A stretch of 64,000 nucleotides of DNA from Minisyncoccota bacterium (GTDB lineage Bacteria > Patescibacteriota > Minisyncoccia > UBA6257 > JAGOQP01). Under the pieces are notes generated by a model, which saw nothing but the letters and a program-made list of their open reading frames with translations, was not told the origin of the DNA and made no database searches. The position numbers were made by a program, and so were the translations under genes. Below, one piece after another: positions 18,363 through 27,357 of this stretch. Positions within the stretch are counted from its first letter, which is position 1. The number at the start of each line of letters is the position of its first letter. The DNA lies in the NCBI GenBank assembly GCA_041661795.1, contig JBAZTS010000002.1:36263-100262 (forward strand). Direction: 5' to 3'.

Positions 18363-18459
18363 CTTTAGGAAAGATTTTGAGGCCATGCGGAAGACGGCGG
18401 TCTGAGCTAGAGGGATTTTTCAGCAGAAAAATACCCGTGCCTAAAAATTTTTTCTAAAG
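18363..18459 (+). repeat. 97-nt structured motif, copy A (three-helix element between lepA and the ftsB-like gene)
   Basis: 81/97 identical to the reverse complement of 46834-46930. The central 32 nt are identical. Five compensatory pair changes between the copies. Confidence 0.75.
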
Positions 18460-18511
18460 CGGATTAGTATTATTGGTTGTAAGTTATTGGCTGTCTTGTT
18501 ATTATTTACTT

Positions 18512-18787
18512 ATGAGTGTTAAGAGGGCTGTTTGGCTGACGGTTTTTGGTTTGTTTTTGCTACTTTTGTGGGTTAATTTATTTGTCATATTTAAAGAATT
18601 AAGAAAGTTGTCTTTGGAATACAAGCAAGTGAGTGAAGATTTTGTGAAACTGGAAGATGAAAACAAGATGATAGAAAGAGATATAGCTTTTTATTCTTTT
18701 CCGGCTAATTTAGAAAAGAATTTAAGAGAGAAATTTAATTATAAAAAAACGGGGGAGAAAATGATTATTGTTGTTCCGGGAAATTAA
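18512..18787 (+). CDS. Septum formation initiator (FtsB/DivIC-like) protein
   Basis: Single N-terminal TM segment followed by a coiled coil (LRKLSLEYKQVSEDFVKLEDENKMIERDI). Start placed at the ATG at 18512. Confidence 0.6.
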   Translation: MSVKRAVWLTVFGLFLLLLWVNLFVIFKELRKLSLEYKQVSEDFVKLEDENKMIERDIAFYSFPANLEKNLREKFNYKKTGEKMIIVVPGN

Positions 18788-18789
18788 AT

Positions 18790-19374
18790 ATGATTTTGTT
18801 TTTAAACAAGTACAAAAAATTGACCATTATTTTGTTAATAATGGCTCTTGTTGCGTTCGTTTTTATTTTAATTATCGGATTTGGAATTTATCCTTTGGCT
18901 ATAGCTGATGGAAAAATAATCACATCTCGCCAATACTACAAAAGCTATAATTTGGCTTACAATTATTTTAGCTATTTTAATAATTTTTACGGAGTCAAAG
19001 ATTCTCCCGAATTTGAAAAAGAAATGAAATTAACAGTAATGCAAGGATTAATTGACGAAATTATTGTTGATAAAAAACTTGCGCAGGAATTTAAAAAATC
19101 TGAATTACAGCAAAAAGTGAATGAGAAAGTAAATCAGATGTATGAGGGTGAAAACTTCAAAAAGATATTATCTGAAATCACCAAAGTTTCCGAAGATGAT
19201 ATAAAGAATTATTTTATTGAAAATCAGGCAAAAAATGATATATTGGCCGGTAGGCTGGATTTAGAAGGAAAAAACGTTGTCTCTTGGTTAGTTGAAAAAA
19301 GAAAAGAGATTAAAATTTATCTGTTGGCTCCACATATGAAATGGGAGAAAGGAGAAATAGAATGGAAAGATTGA
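18790..19374 (+). CDS. Hypothetical membrane-anchored protein (SurA-N-like helical region)
   Basis: 194-aa ORF with an N-terminal TM segment; no confident family. Confidence 0.45.
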   Translation: MILFLNKYKKLTIILLIMALVAFVFILIIGFGIYPLAIADGKIITSRQYYKSYNLAYNYFSYFNNFYGVKDSPEFEKEMKLTVMQGLIDEIIVDKKLAQEFKKSELQQKVNEKVNQMYEGENFKKILSEITKVSEDDIKNYFIENQAKNDILAGRLDLEGKNVVSWLVEKRKEIKIYLLAPHMKWEKGEIEWKD

Positions 19375-19385
19375 TATATAATTTG

Positions 19386-19456
19386 AGCGGGATACGGGAA
19401 TCGAACCCGCGCTTCAACCTTGGGAAGGTCGTGTATTACCACTGTACTAATCCCGC
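19386..19456 (-). tRNA. tRNA-Gly (anticodon CCC)
   Basis: Reverse complement GCGGGATTAGTACAGTGGTAATACACGACCTTCCCAAGGTTGAAGCGCGGGTTCGATTCCCGTATCCCGCT folds as a cloverleaf. The anticodon loop is TTCCCAA. Confidence 0.9.
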
Positions 19457-19477
19457 ACTAAGCATCTAGATAAGTTT

Positions 19478-20668
19478 ATGAAATATCTTAGAAATGTCAA
19501 AATAGAAAAGATAAGAAACAAAACCTGCGTTTTAAGGTTGGGTTTGGATATAAAGGATGGTGAGTTAAAAAATTCGTTGAGAGTTATAAAATCTATCCCG
19601 ACACTCAAATTTCTATTAAAAAACGACTGCAAAGTAGTGATAATTTCACATCGAGGTAGACCTCAAGAGGGGAAAGAGGAAAGTGAAAAGAGGAAAGTGA
19701 AAAGAGAAGAAACTTTAAGATCATTTGTGGAGATTTTTGAAAAACTACTAAAAACAAAGATTAGTTTTGATGACTCTTTTGATTTTAAAAAGATGAGTGA
19801 AAAGATTAAAAAACTTCACTCAAAATCTATAGTTATTGTTGAAAATATAAGATTAGTAAAAGGAGAAAAGGATGATAACGATAAGCTAGGGAGAGAATTG
19901 GCTTCTTTGGGAAATTTTTATGTGAATGATGATTTTTCTACCAGTCACAGAAAAAACGCTTCTTTATGTGCGATAACAAAATTCACACCTTCTTATGTTG
20001 GCCTGCAGTTTGAAGAAGAAATAAAGAATTTAGACAAAGTTCTTAAAAATCAAAGGAAGCCAGTTGTTCTGATTGTAGGGGGAGTTAAATTGTCGGACAA
20101 AGTTGGCGTAATAAAAAATTTCTTAAACAAGGCAGATTATGTTTTGACCGGTGGGGGAGTTTCCAATACTTTCTTTGCTGCTAAAGAAATTCCAGTTGGT
20201 GATTCGTTAATTGATAAAGAAATGATGAAAATGGCAAAAACCTTACTTAAATCAAAAAAAATCATTTTACCCCAAGACGTTAGGATAAAAGGAAAATCTA
20301 TATTGGATATAGGGGATAAAACCATTGAAGAATATAAAAAAATAATAGAAAAAGCAGGGACTATTATTTGGGGTGGACCGTTAGGATATTTTGAGGACAA
20401 AAAATTTGCCAAAGGAACATTTGAAATAGCCAGAGCGATTTTAAAATCAAAAGCTTTTTGTGTTATTGGCGGCGGAGAAACTACAGTCGCCTTTCTTAAG
20501 GCAACTCGCGGACTTACACGGACTTCACGCAGAACTACGCGGAAAACAGTCAGCGTCAGTCAGCGTTCAGTCGGCGTTGGTCAGCGCTTGTTTCTGTCTA
20601 CTGGTGGAGGGGCAATGTTGGAATATCTAGCAGGTAAAAAATTACCGGCTTTGGAAGCGCTTAAATAA
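19478..20668 (+). CDS. pgk: Phosphoglycerate kinase (two in-frame repeat insertions)
   Basis: ISHRGRP, NIRL, VNDDFSTSHR, GGVKLSDK and LSTGGGAMLEYLAGKKLPALEAL. Extra segments are encoded at 19687-19714 and 20504-20587. Confidence 0.93.
   Translation: MKYLRNVKIEKIRNKTCVLRLGLDIKDGELKNSLRVIKSIPTLKFLLKNDCKVVIISHRGRPQEGKEESEKRKVKREETLRSFVEIFEKLLKTKISFDDSFDFKKMSEKIKKLHSKSIVIVENIRLVKGEKDDNDKLGRELASLGNFYVNDDFSTSHRKNASLCAITKFTPSYVGLQFEEEIKNLDKVLKNQRKPVVLIVGGVKLSDKVGVIKNFLNKADYVLTGGGVSNTFFAAKEIPVGDSLIDKEMMKMAKTLLKSKKIILPQDVRIKGKSILDIGDKTIEEYKKIIEKAGTIIWGGPLGYFEDKKFAKGTFEIARAILKSKAFCVIGGGETTVAFLKATRGLTRTSRRTTRKTVSVSQRSVGVGQRLFLSTGGGAMLEYLAGKKLPALEALK
20504..20587 (+). repeat. 84-nt in-frame insertion in pgk made of reverse-complementary 10-nt words (empty version of the lepA cassette arms)
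   Basis: Left words are gacttacacg gacttcacgc agaactacgc. The spacer is ggaaaac. Right words are agtcagcgtc agtcagcgtt cagtcggcgt. It encodes TRGLTRTSRRTTRKTVSVSQRSVGVGQR just before the conserved STGGG. Confidence 0.7.
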
Positions 20669-20673
20669 TTATT

Positions 20674-21522
20674 ATGAAAGATATTGTTGTTTTATATCAT
20701 AAAGATTGCTGGGACGGATTTGGAGCTGCTTGGGCGGCTTGGAAAAAATTTGGCGATAAAGCTCAATATATCCCAGTTGGCTACGAAGAAAATCTACCCA
20801 AGGGTTTAATTAATAAGGAAATATATCTAGTTGATTTTTGCTATGAAGATAATTTAATGAAGAAGATTATTGGTAATAATAAAAAAGTTATAGTTATTGA
20901 CCATCATTTTAGTAGGGAGAAATTTATAAAAAGTGTTAAGGGTTGTATTTATGGAAGAAATAATTCTGGGTCAATTCTCTCTTGGAAATATTTTCATCCA
21001 AACAAAAAAGTTCCCATATTTTTGAAACACATAGAAGACATTGATCTATGGAGTTTTAAATTAAAAGATTCTTACGAAATTATGCTGGCGGTTGATTTAA
21101 AAACTCGCGATTTTAATAGTTGGAGTAAAATTGCCAAAGATTTAGAAGATAAAAAAACAAAAGGTAAATATATAAATGAGGGTAAGATAATTTTAAATTA
21201 TACCAATAGAATCGTAACTGATATTGCAAAAAAAGCTGTTCCTGTTTTGATTGACGGTAAAAAAGCCATGGCGGTTAATGGACCTCATTTTATACATTCA
21301 GAAATAGGAAATGTTTTACACAATAATGAATATCCAATCGGTCTGATTTGGCGAGCGGAAGGAAACAACATTTTTGTTTCTTTGAGGTCAAAAAAAGGAG
21401 GGAAAACAGATGTTTCTAAAATTGCCAAAAAATATGGTGGCGGGGGACATAAATCGGCATCGGGATTCGGGATAAAAAATGGGTTAGGTAAAAAACTTCC
21501 CTGGCGTATTATTAAGCAGTAG
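20674..21522 (+). CDS. DHH/DHHA1 family phosphoesterase (NrnA-like)
   Basis: DCWDGFGAAWAA, VIDHH and C-terminal GGGGHKSASGF motifs. Confidence 0.8.
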   Translation: MKDIVVLYHKDCWDGFGAAWAAWKKFGDKAQYIPVGYEENLPKGLINKEIYLVDFCYEDNLMKKIIGNNKKVIVIDHHFSREKFIKSVKGCIYGRNNSGSILSWKYFHPNKKVPIFLKHIEDIDLWSFKLKDSYEIMLAVDLKTRDFNSWSKIAKDLEDKKTKGKYINEGKIILNYTNRIVTDIAKKAVPVLIDGKKAMAVNGPHFIHSEIGNVLHNNEYPIGLIWRAEGNNIFVSLRSKKGGKTDVSKIAKKYGGGGHKSASGFGIKNGLGKKLPWRIIKQ

Positions 21523-21596
21523 CTTGTATATAGTAGCTCGTATCTTGTATAAGAGAAGATTGTATGCCAACTACTAGCTACAAGATACTAGATACA
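21519..21596 (+). terminator. Word-built imperfect hairpin after the DHH gene (probable terminator)
   Basis: gtagcttgtatatagtagctcgtatcttgtataag ... ccaactactagctacaagatactagatacaa. The arms are about 75% complementary by eye. Confidence 0.4.
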
Positions 21597-21604
21597 ATTT
21601 TATT

Positions 21605-22030
21605 ATGAATAAAATTATCATTTATACTGATGGAGGTTCTCGGGGGAACCCCGGGCCTTCGGCTCTGGGGGTTTATTTTAAGGATTTAAACAAAAAATAC
21701 TCCCAACATCTTGGCAAAGTCACTAATAATGAAGCTGAGTATCAGGCCATTGTTTTTGCTTTAAAAAAATCCAAACAATTAATTGGGAAGAAAAAAAGCG
21801 ATAAATCTCATATTGAAATTAGGTCCGATAGCCAGCTCATAGTCAACCAGTTGAGCGGAGAGTTTAAGTTGAAAGAAAAAGGCCTATGGAAATATTTTAT
21901 AGAAATTTGGAATTTAAAGCAGGAATTTGAGAAGGTGGATTTTGTTTATATTCCACGGGAGGAAAATAAAGTGGCCGATAGATTAGTTAACGAAGAATTG
22001 GATAAAGCGGGTGCCTCTAAATTATTTTAA
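21605..22030 (+). CDS. rnhA: Ribonuclease HI family protein
   Basis: IYTDGGSRGNPGPSA, NNEAEYQAIVFALK, DSQLIVNQ and IPREENKVADRL carry the DEDD residues. Confidence 0.85.
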   Translation: MNKIIIYTDGGSRGNPGPSALGVYFKDLNKKYSQHLGKVTNNEAEYQAIVFALKKSKQLIGKKKSDKSHIEIRSDSQLIVNQLSGEFKLKEKGLWKYFIEIWNLKQEFEKVDFVYIPREENKVADRLVNEELDKAGASKLF

Positions 22031-22073
22031 TTTTAGCTTTGACTTTTTCGATGTTGAGTTGTATTATCTTAAA

Positions 22074-22424
22074 AGATAAGTGAGTGATTGCCCTGACATT
22101 TGTTGGGGAGGAAAGTCCGGACTCCCATCTCCGACGTAACGTCGGAGTAAACGTATTCGCTAACAGCGAACTATCGCAAGATAAGAGGTGCGAACAGAGA
22201 CGAGTCCTAATGGAAACATTAGGGGTGAAACGGTCCCGACGCCTATTTCGGGTTAGGGACTCCGACATCCGCAAGGATCGTCGGAGCTAAATCCTTGCGG
22301 GGTGCAAGACCGTATCCGCCCAGGGCGGGTGAGTCGCTTGAACCTGAGAGTAATTGAAGGTCCAGACAAATAATCACTATCCCGACGTAACGTCGGGACA
22401 CAGAATCCGGCTTATAGCTTATCT
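22074..22424 (+). ncRNA. rnpB: RNase P RNA (bacterial type A)
   Basis: GGAGGAAAGTCCGGACTCC near the 5' end and ACAGAATCCGGCTTA near the 3' end. P1 pairs agataag with cttatct. GC-rich island followed by a terminator. Confidence 0.9.
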
Positions 22425-22506
22425 AAACATATCAAGAATCTCTCCTTAACGGGGGGATTTTTGATTGATTTATTAAGGGTTTTTTGATACTTTTAACAAG
22501 TTGCTT

Positions 22507-23556
22507 ATGTTTAAAAAATTTCAAGAAACTCTAAGTTTTGATGATGTTCTGCTGGTTCCGATTTATTCTGAAATTGTTTCCAGAAAAGAGGTTTTGTTAC
22601 AAACCAATCTTTCTTTAAAAAGAAAATTTATTTTAGATATTCCTATTTTTTCGGCTGCGATGGATACTGTTACCGAAAGTAAGATGGCAATTGCTTTAGG
22701 GAAAATGGGCGGGATAGGAATAATTCATCGTTTTATCACAACCGAAAAACAAGTAGTTGAAGTCAAAAAATCTAAATCCGCTGGTGTTAGAGTCGGAGCG
22801 GCGGTAGGAGTTAAAAATGGAGAAATGGAAAGAGCTAAGGCATTGGTCAACGCTGGAGTTGACCTTTTGGTTTTAGATATAGCTCATGGGCATTCCAAAT
22901 ATGGACTTGAAAAAACGAAATTGTTGAGAAAAATGTTTCCTAAAACTTTTATTATTGCCGGAACCGTGGCAACAGGAAAAGGATTTTTGGATTTAGCTAG
23001 AGCTGGAGCTGACGCTGTTAGAGTTGGAATTGGAGCCGGTTCCATATGTACTACTCGCATAGTTACCGGATTTGGAGTTCCTCAAATTTCGGCTATTTTG
23101 GATTGTCTTAGCGCTTCTAAAAAAACGGGAGTGGGTCTAATTTCTGATGGAGGAATAAAAAATTCCGGTGATATTGTTAAGGCCTTGGCAGCTGGGGCTT
23201 GTGCGATAATGACCGGAAATATTTTAGCTGGGACCGACGAAGCGCCCGGCAAGTTAATTACCTATCAGGGAAAGAAATTTAAAGTTTATAGAGGAATGGC
23301 TTCTTTACAAGCCAACCTTTCCAGGTTCGATAAAAAGAATAATAAAAATGAAATTATTGCCGAAGGAGTTTCGGGAGCAGTTCCTTATAAAGGAAGTGTT
23401 GTTGATGTTATTAAAAAAACGATCGGAGGCATCAGGTCGGGCCTAAGCTATGCTGGCGCCAAAGACATAAAAACTTTTCAGAAAAAAGCGTCCTTTATTA
23501 GAATTACTCCTTCTGGGTTTAGGGAAAGTAATTTTCATGATATATTTGTTAAATAG
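22507..23556 (+). CDS. IMP dehydrogenase / GMP reductase family protein (no CBS pair)
   Basis: [56 protein letters not shown] and YRGMAS motifs. ATG at 22507 preferred over the TTG at 22501. Confidence 0.85.
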   Translation: MFKKFQETLSFDDVLLVPIYSEIVSRKEVLLQTNLSLKRKFILDIPIFSAAMDTVTESKMAIALGKMGGIGIIHRFITTEKQVVEVKKSKSAGVRVGAAVGVKNGEMERAKALVNAGVDLLVLDIAHGHSKYGLEKTKLLRKMFPKTFIIAGTVATGKGFLDLARAGADAVRVGIGAGSICTTRIVTGFGVPQISAILDCLSASKKTGVGLISDGGIKNSGDIVKALAAGACAIMTGNILAGTDEAPGKLITYQGKKFKVYRGMASLQANLSRFDKKNNKNEIIAEGVSGAVPYKGSVVDVIKKTIGGIRSGLSYAGAKDIKTFQKKASFIRITPSGFRESNFHDIFVK

Positions 23557-23564
23557 TAAAAATT

Positions 23565-23975
23565 ATGAACAATAACAGTGATAAAAACAGTCCATTTTTT
23601 TCAGACATTTTTTGGAGGTATCTTACTCATATTTGGACAGTTGTTTTCATAATTTTAGTTGTCTGTGATTTTTTATACACCGGTAAATTTGAATATCTTC
23701 TTACTCCATTTTCCATTATCTATGGAGCGATTTTAAGCATTTTTGTTGGTACCAAGGAATTTGATAGATGGTATAACGTTTATAAATCAAAACAGCATCC
23801 TGGGGAATTATTTGTCATAGCTTGGAGCATTGTCGTTTTTGGCCTAGTTATCGCTTCTTGGGCTTTAGGGAAGAATTATCAAATTTCTTCCGATGTAATT
23901 TCCGTCTACATAATGGTACTGACAGTTTTTGCTATTACCCAAGGTTCAAAGAGGTTGCATCACAAAAGGAGGTAA
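23565..23975 (+). CDS. Hypothetical membrane protein (4 TM)
   Basis: 136-aa hydrophobic ORF; no family recognised. Confidence 0.45.
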   Translation: MNNNSDKNSPFFSDIFWRYLTHIWTVVFIILVVCDFLYTGKFEYLLTPFSIIYGAILSIFVGTKEFDRWYNVYKSKQHPGELFVIAWSIVVFGLVIASWALGKNYQISSDVISVYIMVLTVFAITQGSKRLHHKRR

Positions 23976-23979
23976 ATTT

Positions 23980-25950
23980 ATGAGTATTTTAAAAAGAACA
24001 TTAATTTTTCTTTTTGGGGCGTTTATTCTTTTTTCTGTCGGAAATTTTGCCTATGCTCAAGGGGCTGATTCTTTAAAATATTACTATTACAAATTAATAG
24101 ACGTTTCTTTGTTTGTTAATTCCGACTCAAGCGTTAATGTAACGGAAAAACAAACGTTCAGTTATCAAGGGAATTTTCATAAAGGATGGAGAAGTATCAA
24201 CTTAGACGGGATTGGCGAAGTGAGTGACGTTTCTATTGTAGATGGAACTACTGGAAAGGCGCTAGAATATTCATATTCAAAACTCAGCCCCGAGGATTCA
24301 TCCAGCTGGGGGAAATTTACTCATTATAAATCTAGTGGAGACGAAGGAGTTTATCAAAATATTGAGTGGTACTATAATCTCTCCGATACTGACCACGATT
24401 GGATTATAAGATATAAAATTGCGGATTCAGTTTCTTTTTATGATAATTATGATCGTCTTTATTTGGATATTTTTTCTGACAGTGCTTATAACGTTCCGAT
24501 AGATCAGGTGGATGTCTCTGTTTATTTCCCCGGGCATACTTTGGACCAAAATTATCAGGCATTATATTACAGGTCTTTTGGCAAAAACGGAGATTTTACA
24601 CTAAATCAAAATAGTAATACTCTCGTGTCAAAGGCCTCCAATTTTTCTTCAAAGGAATTCTTAACTGTTGATGTTAAATTTCCAAAGGGGATTGTTGTTG
24701 AAATTTTTAGACCCAAGGCGTCTTTAGGAGATCTTTGGGGAATATTTGCGTCCATAGCTATCTCAATTATTTGTCTTATCATCGGATTTTTCTATTGGCT
24801 TTTTCAGGAGAAATTTAAAAAGGGCAAAGGAGTTATAATTCCGCAATATGAACCGCCAAAAGGCATTAAGCCGGCCATGGCCGAGTTTGTGATAAAAGAA
24901 TCGGTTGGACCCAAAGGAATATCTGCTACTATTGTGGATTTGATTGTCAGGAAATATATAGAGATTGAAGAAATGCCCGTAAAAAAATCAAAGATGCTTC
25001 TTCTCAAGATATTTGTGGGGATTATTCCTCTTGCTGTTTTAGCATCCTTTCTCGTATCTGTTTTGCTTTCTGACGCCGGAAGTGTTTTTTTTGGACTGTG
25101 GCCCTTCTTTGCCATTATAATTGTTATTTCTTTGGCTAAAATATTTTTCTCTTTTGGAAAGAATTTTTCTAAGACGCGTAAGTCATTTAAAATGATTTTA
25201 ATTAAGGACTATCAAAATGATCTACATTTAAACCATTATGAAAAGAAACTTCTTGATACGATTTTCTCTGAAAATAACAGTTTAATGTTTGGATGGGGTA
25301 TTCCTTTTTCAGAATCCGCAAAGTTTAGAAAAATGTATAGCGGAATTTTGGAATTTAAAAAAGAAGTTGGAGAAGAGTTGGAAAAAATAAGCGGAATATA
25401 CACGGCTTCTCCATCCAAGGAATACAGGTGGAAAGTCAGAGTTTTTCTTTCTTATATATTAGCTACCGGAATATTCATATTTGGTTCGTTCTTTTCTGTC
25501 TTTGTGGGCGGAGTGGAATATTCTCATCAGATGGTAATGTTTTGGGCTTATGGTTTTGCCGCCATTTATTCATTGCGTTCTTTTATAAAATACGAAACCC
25601 GGCTTTCTCACGAGGGGAATATTTTAAAAGAACATCTCTTGGGTTTTAAATATTTTTTGGAAACGGTTGAGGGAAGAAGAATACAGGATCTAACTCCGGA
25701 AATGTTCCAGACATTTTTTCCTTACGCGGTTGTTTTTGGAATAGAAAGCAAGTGGACTAATCATTTTTCATCTTTATTTATTCAAGACCAGCAACTTTCA
25801 GGCGGGTATATTAATCCGTCCATAGCGGTTGGACTTTCTTCGTCTTTGTCGTCTGCTTTTAATGTTGGCGCAACTGGAGGAGGAAGTGGTGGATTTGGAG
25901 GCGGAGGCGCAGGTGGTGGTGGAGGAGGCGGTGGCGGTGGAGCCAGTTAG
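23980..25950 (+). CDS. DUF2207 domain membrane protein with poly-glycine tail
   Basis: Signal peptide, then the N-terminal beta domain (VNVTEKQTFSYQGNFHKGWRSI), several TM segments, and a C-terminal GGGSGGFGGGGAGGGGGGGGGG tail. AAAGGAGG lies 8 nt upstream of the ATG at 23980. Confidence 0.8.
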   Translation: MSILKRTLIFLFGAFILFSVGNFAYAQGADSLKYYYYKLIDVSLFVNSDSSVNVTEKQTFSYQGNFHKGWRSINLDGIGEVSDVSIVDGTTGKALEYSYSKLSPEDSSSWGKFTHYKSSGDEGVYQNIEWYYNLSDTDHDWIIRYKIADSVSFYDNYDRLYLDIFSDSAYNVPIDQVDVSVYFPGHTLDQNYQALYYRSFGKNGDFTLNQNSNTLVSKASNFSSKEFLTVDVKFPKGIVVEIFRPKASLGDLWGIFASIAISIICLIIGFFYWLFQEKFKKGKGVIIPQYEPPKGIKPAMAEFVIKESVGPKGISATIVDLIVRKYIEIEEMPVKKSKMLLLKIFVGIIPLAVLASFLVSVLLSDAGSVFFGLWPFFAIIIVISLAKIFFSFGKNFSKTRKSFKMILIKDYQNDLHLNHYEKKLLDTIFSENNSLMFGWGIPFSESAKFRKMYSGILEFKKEVGEELEKISGIYTASPSKEYRWKVRVFLSYILATGIFIFGSFFSVFVGGVEYSHQMVMFWAYGFAAIYSLRSFIKYETRLSHEGNILKEHLLGFKYFLETVEGRRIQDLTPEMFQTFFPYAVVFGIESKWTNHFSSLFIQDQQLSGGYINPSIAVGLSSSLSSAFNVGATGGGSGGFGGGGAGGGGGGGGGGAS

Positions 25951-25965
25951 TTTATTATAAAAAAA

Positions 25966-26000
25966 TCCCGTCCCGACAATTCTATCGGGACGGATTTTTT
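25966..26000. terminator. Bidirectional intrinsic terminator
   Basis: tcccgtcccga...tcgggacgga stem flanked by an A-run and a T-run, between convergent genes. Confidence 0.8.
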
Positions 26001-26002
26001 GA

Positions 26003-26257
26003 TTACATCTTTTCCTCTTCTTTTTTGTCTACTTTACACTCTGGGCAATCTTTGCAATCTTTCCAACTCTTACAGCTTTTACATCCGCACCATGAGCAAC
26101 CCCAACCACTTTTACACTTATGTTTGAAGCACAAACTAATTCCAACAACTATCAAAGCTATGGGCCAAATAAACCCCCAAACGCTTCCGGCCACTATTCC
26201 CAATGTTTCCAAAAGGAATACAGCTCCGATGATAACTAATATCAATCCTAAAACCAT
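26003..26257 (-). CDS. Small 2-TM membrane protein with cysteine-rich tail
   Basis: LiaI/DUF5668-like N-terminus (LGLILVIIGAVFLLETLGI...WPIALIVVGISL) followed by CFKHKCKSGWGCSWCGCKSCKSWKDCKDCPECK. Confidence 0.6.
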   Translation of the reverse strand: MVLGLILVIIGAVFLLETLGIVAGSVWGFIWPIALIVVGISLCFKHKCKSGWGCSWCGCKSCKSWKDCKDCPECKVDKKEEEKM

Positions 26258-26371
26258 ATTTTTATTTGCTATTACAAACCGCGACCTTTTCTGTTACAAT
26301 ACGTCTAATCTAATGTAGTGATTATACAGAGTCGTCTGTATAAATCAATTATCAATAATAAATAAACAAGT

Positions 26372-27334
26372 ATGAGAAAATTATCAGTATTATCATTAGT
26401 TTTAGCGGGTCTTTTGATGGGAACTTTGGCTTTTGCCCAAAATTCTACCGGTACCAATCCGGCTATTTGGGGCATAAAGCAGGATATAAAAGAAGAAAGG
26501 GAAGATTTTAATGACGATACAAATAAGTTGCGGGAGCAAAACAGGGAGGAAATTAAAAATACTCTCAAAAACTCTATTGAACAAAACAAGGAGTTAAAAG
26601 AACAGTTTAGAGAGAAATTTCTTAAAACTGCTACCGCTACAATTGAAGAGATAAAAGATCAAAGAGAGCAGATGACGAAAGTATTAAAGGATAATAGAGA
26701 AGACGCTAAACAGTTTATTGAAGAAAAGAGAGAAGCTCTTAAGGAAAGTTTTGAAAACAGAAGAGAGGCCTTTAAACAAATGGTTGAACAGAAGAGGGAA
26801 GAAATAAAAGATTTAATAGAGCAACGCCGAGAAGAGTTTAAAAATAAGCTTGAAGGATTTAAAGATGAAAAGAAAAAAGAAGTAGCCCAAAGAGTTGATG
26901 ATAATTTGGACAAAATAAACAAAAATCGTTCCGATCATTTTGCCTCAGTTGTTGATAGGTTGGAAAAGATTTTGGCTAACATTGAATCAAGAACTGACAG
27001 GGCTCAAAGTGCTGGTCTTGATGTGACTTTAGTTAGAACCGCAATTACTGAAGCAGAAAATGTTATAGCTTCTGCCCGAACAGCCATAGAAAAACAAGCG
27101 GGAAATACTTACGTAGTTACTTTAACTACCGAAAACAGCTTGGGTCAGGATTTGAAAACTGCCAGAGAGAAACTTTACAACGACTTAAAAGTTGTTAAAG
27201 AGGCGGTGGAAAAAGCTCGTGACGCTGTCCATAAATCAGCCACCACTCTTGGACAAGTTCAGGGAATAAATGATTTGGATGATGACGATGATGATGACGC
27301 AACTGCAACTTCAACAGCTACATCAACAAATTAA
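26372..27334 (+). CDS. Secreted coiled-coil repeat protein with poly-Asp / Ala-Thr-Ser tail
   Basis: Signal peptide (LSLVLAGLLMGTLAFA), repeated EQ/KREE heptad-like units, and the tail DDDDDDDATATSTATSTN. Confidence 0.6.
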   Translation: MRKLSVLSLVLAGLLMGTLAFAQNSTGTNPAIWGIKQDIKEEREDFNDDTNKLREQNREEIKNTLKNSIEQNKELKEQFREKFLKTATATIEEIKDQREQMTKVLKDNREDAKQFIEEKREALKESFENRREAFKQMVEQKREEIKDLIEQRREEFKNKLEGFKDEKKKEVAQRVDDNLDKINKNRSDHFASVVDRLEKILANIESRTDRAQSAGLDVTLVRTAITEAENVIASARTAIEKQAGNTYVVTLTTENSLGQDLKTAREKLYNDLKVVKEAVEKARDAVHKSATTLGQVQGINDLDDDDDDDATATSTATSTN

Positions 27335-27357
27335 AATTAATCAACTCAAATAAAAAT

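Noticed and set aside
22017-22290. ORFs of 85 aa (minus strand) and 68 aa (plus strand) in the GC-rich stretch after rnhA.
   Set aside because: They lie entirely within the RNase P RNA, which shows the GGAAAGTCCGG and ACAGAATCCGGCTTA hallmarks. The open frames are a by-product of GC-rich RNA sequence.
23929-23979. The upstream start at 23929 for the DUF2207 gene, and similar long N-terminal extensions at 7525, 18473, 22501, 29586, 31608 and 32866.
   Set aside because: The extensions overlap the preceding genes or use TTG starts. Downstream ATGs give canonical N-termini (a signal peptide, the GIY-YIG start, and so on), and the 23980 start has an AAAGGAGG box.
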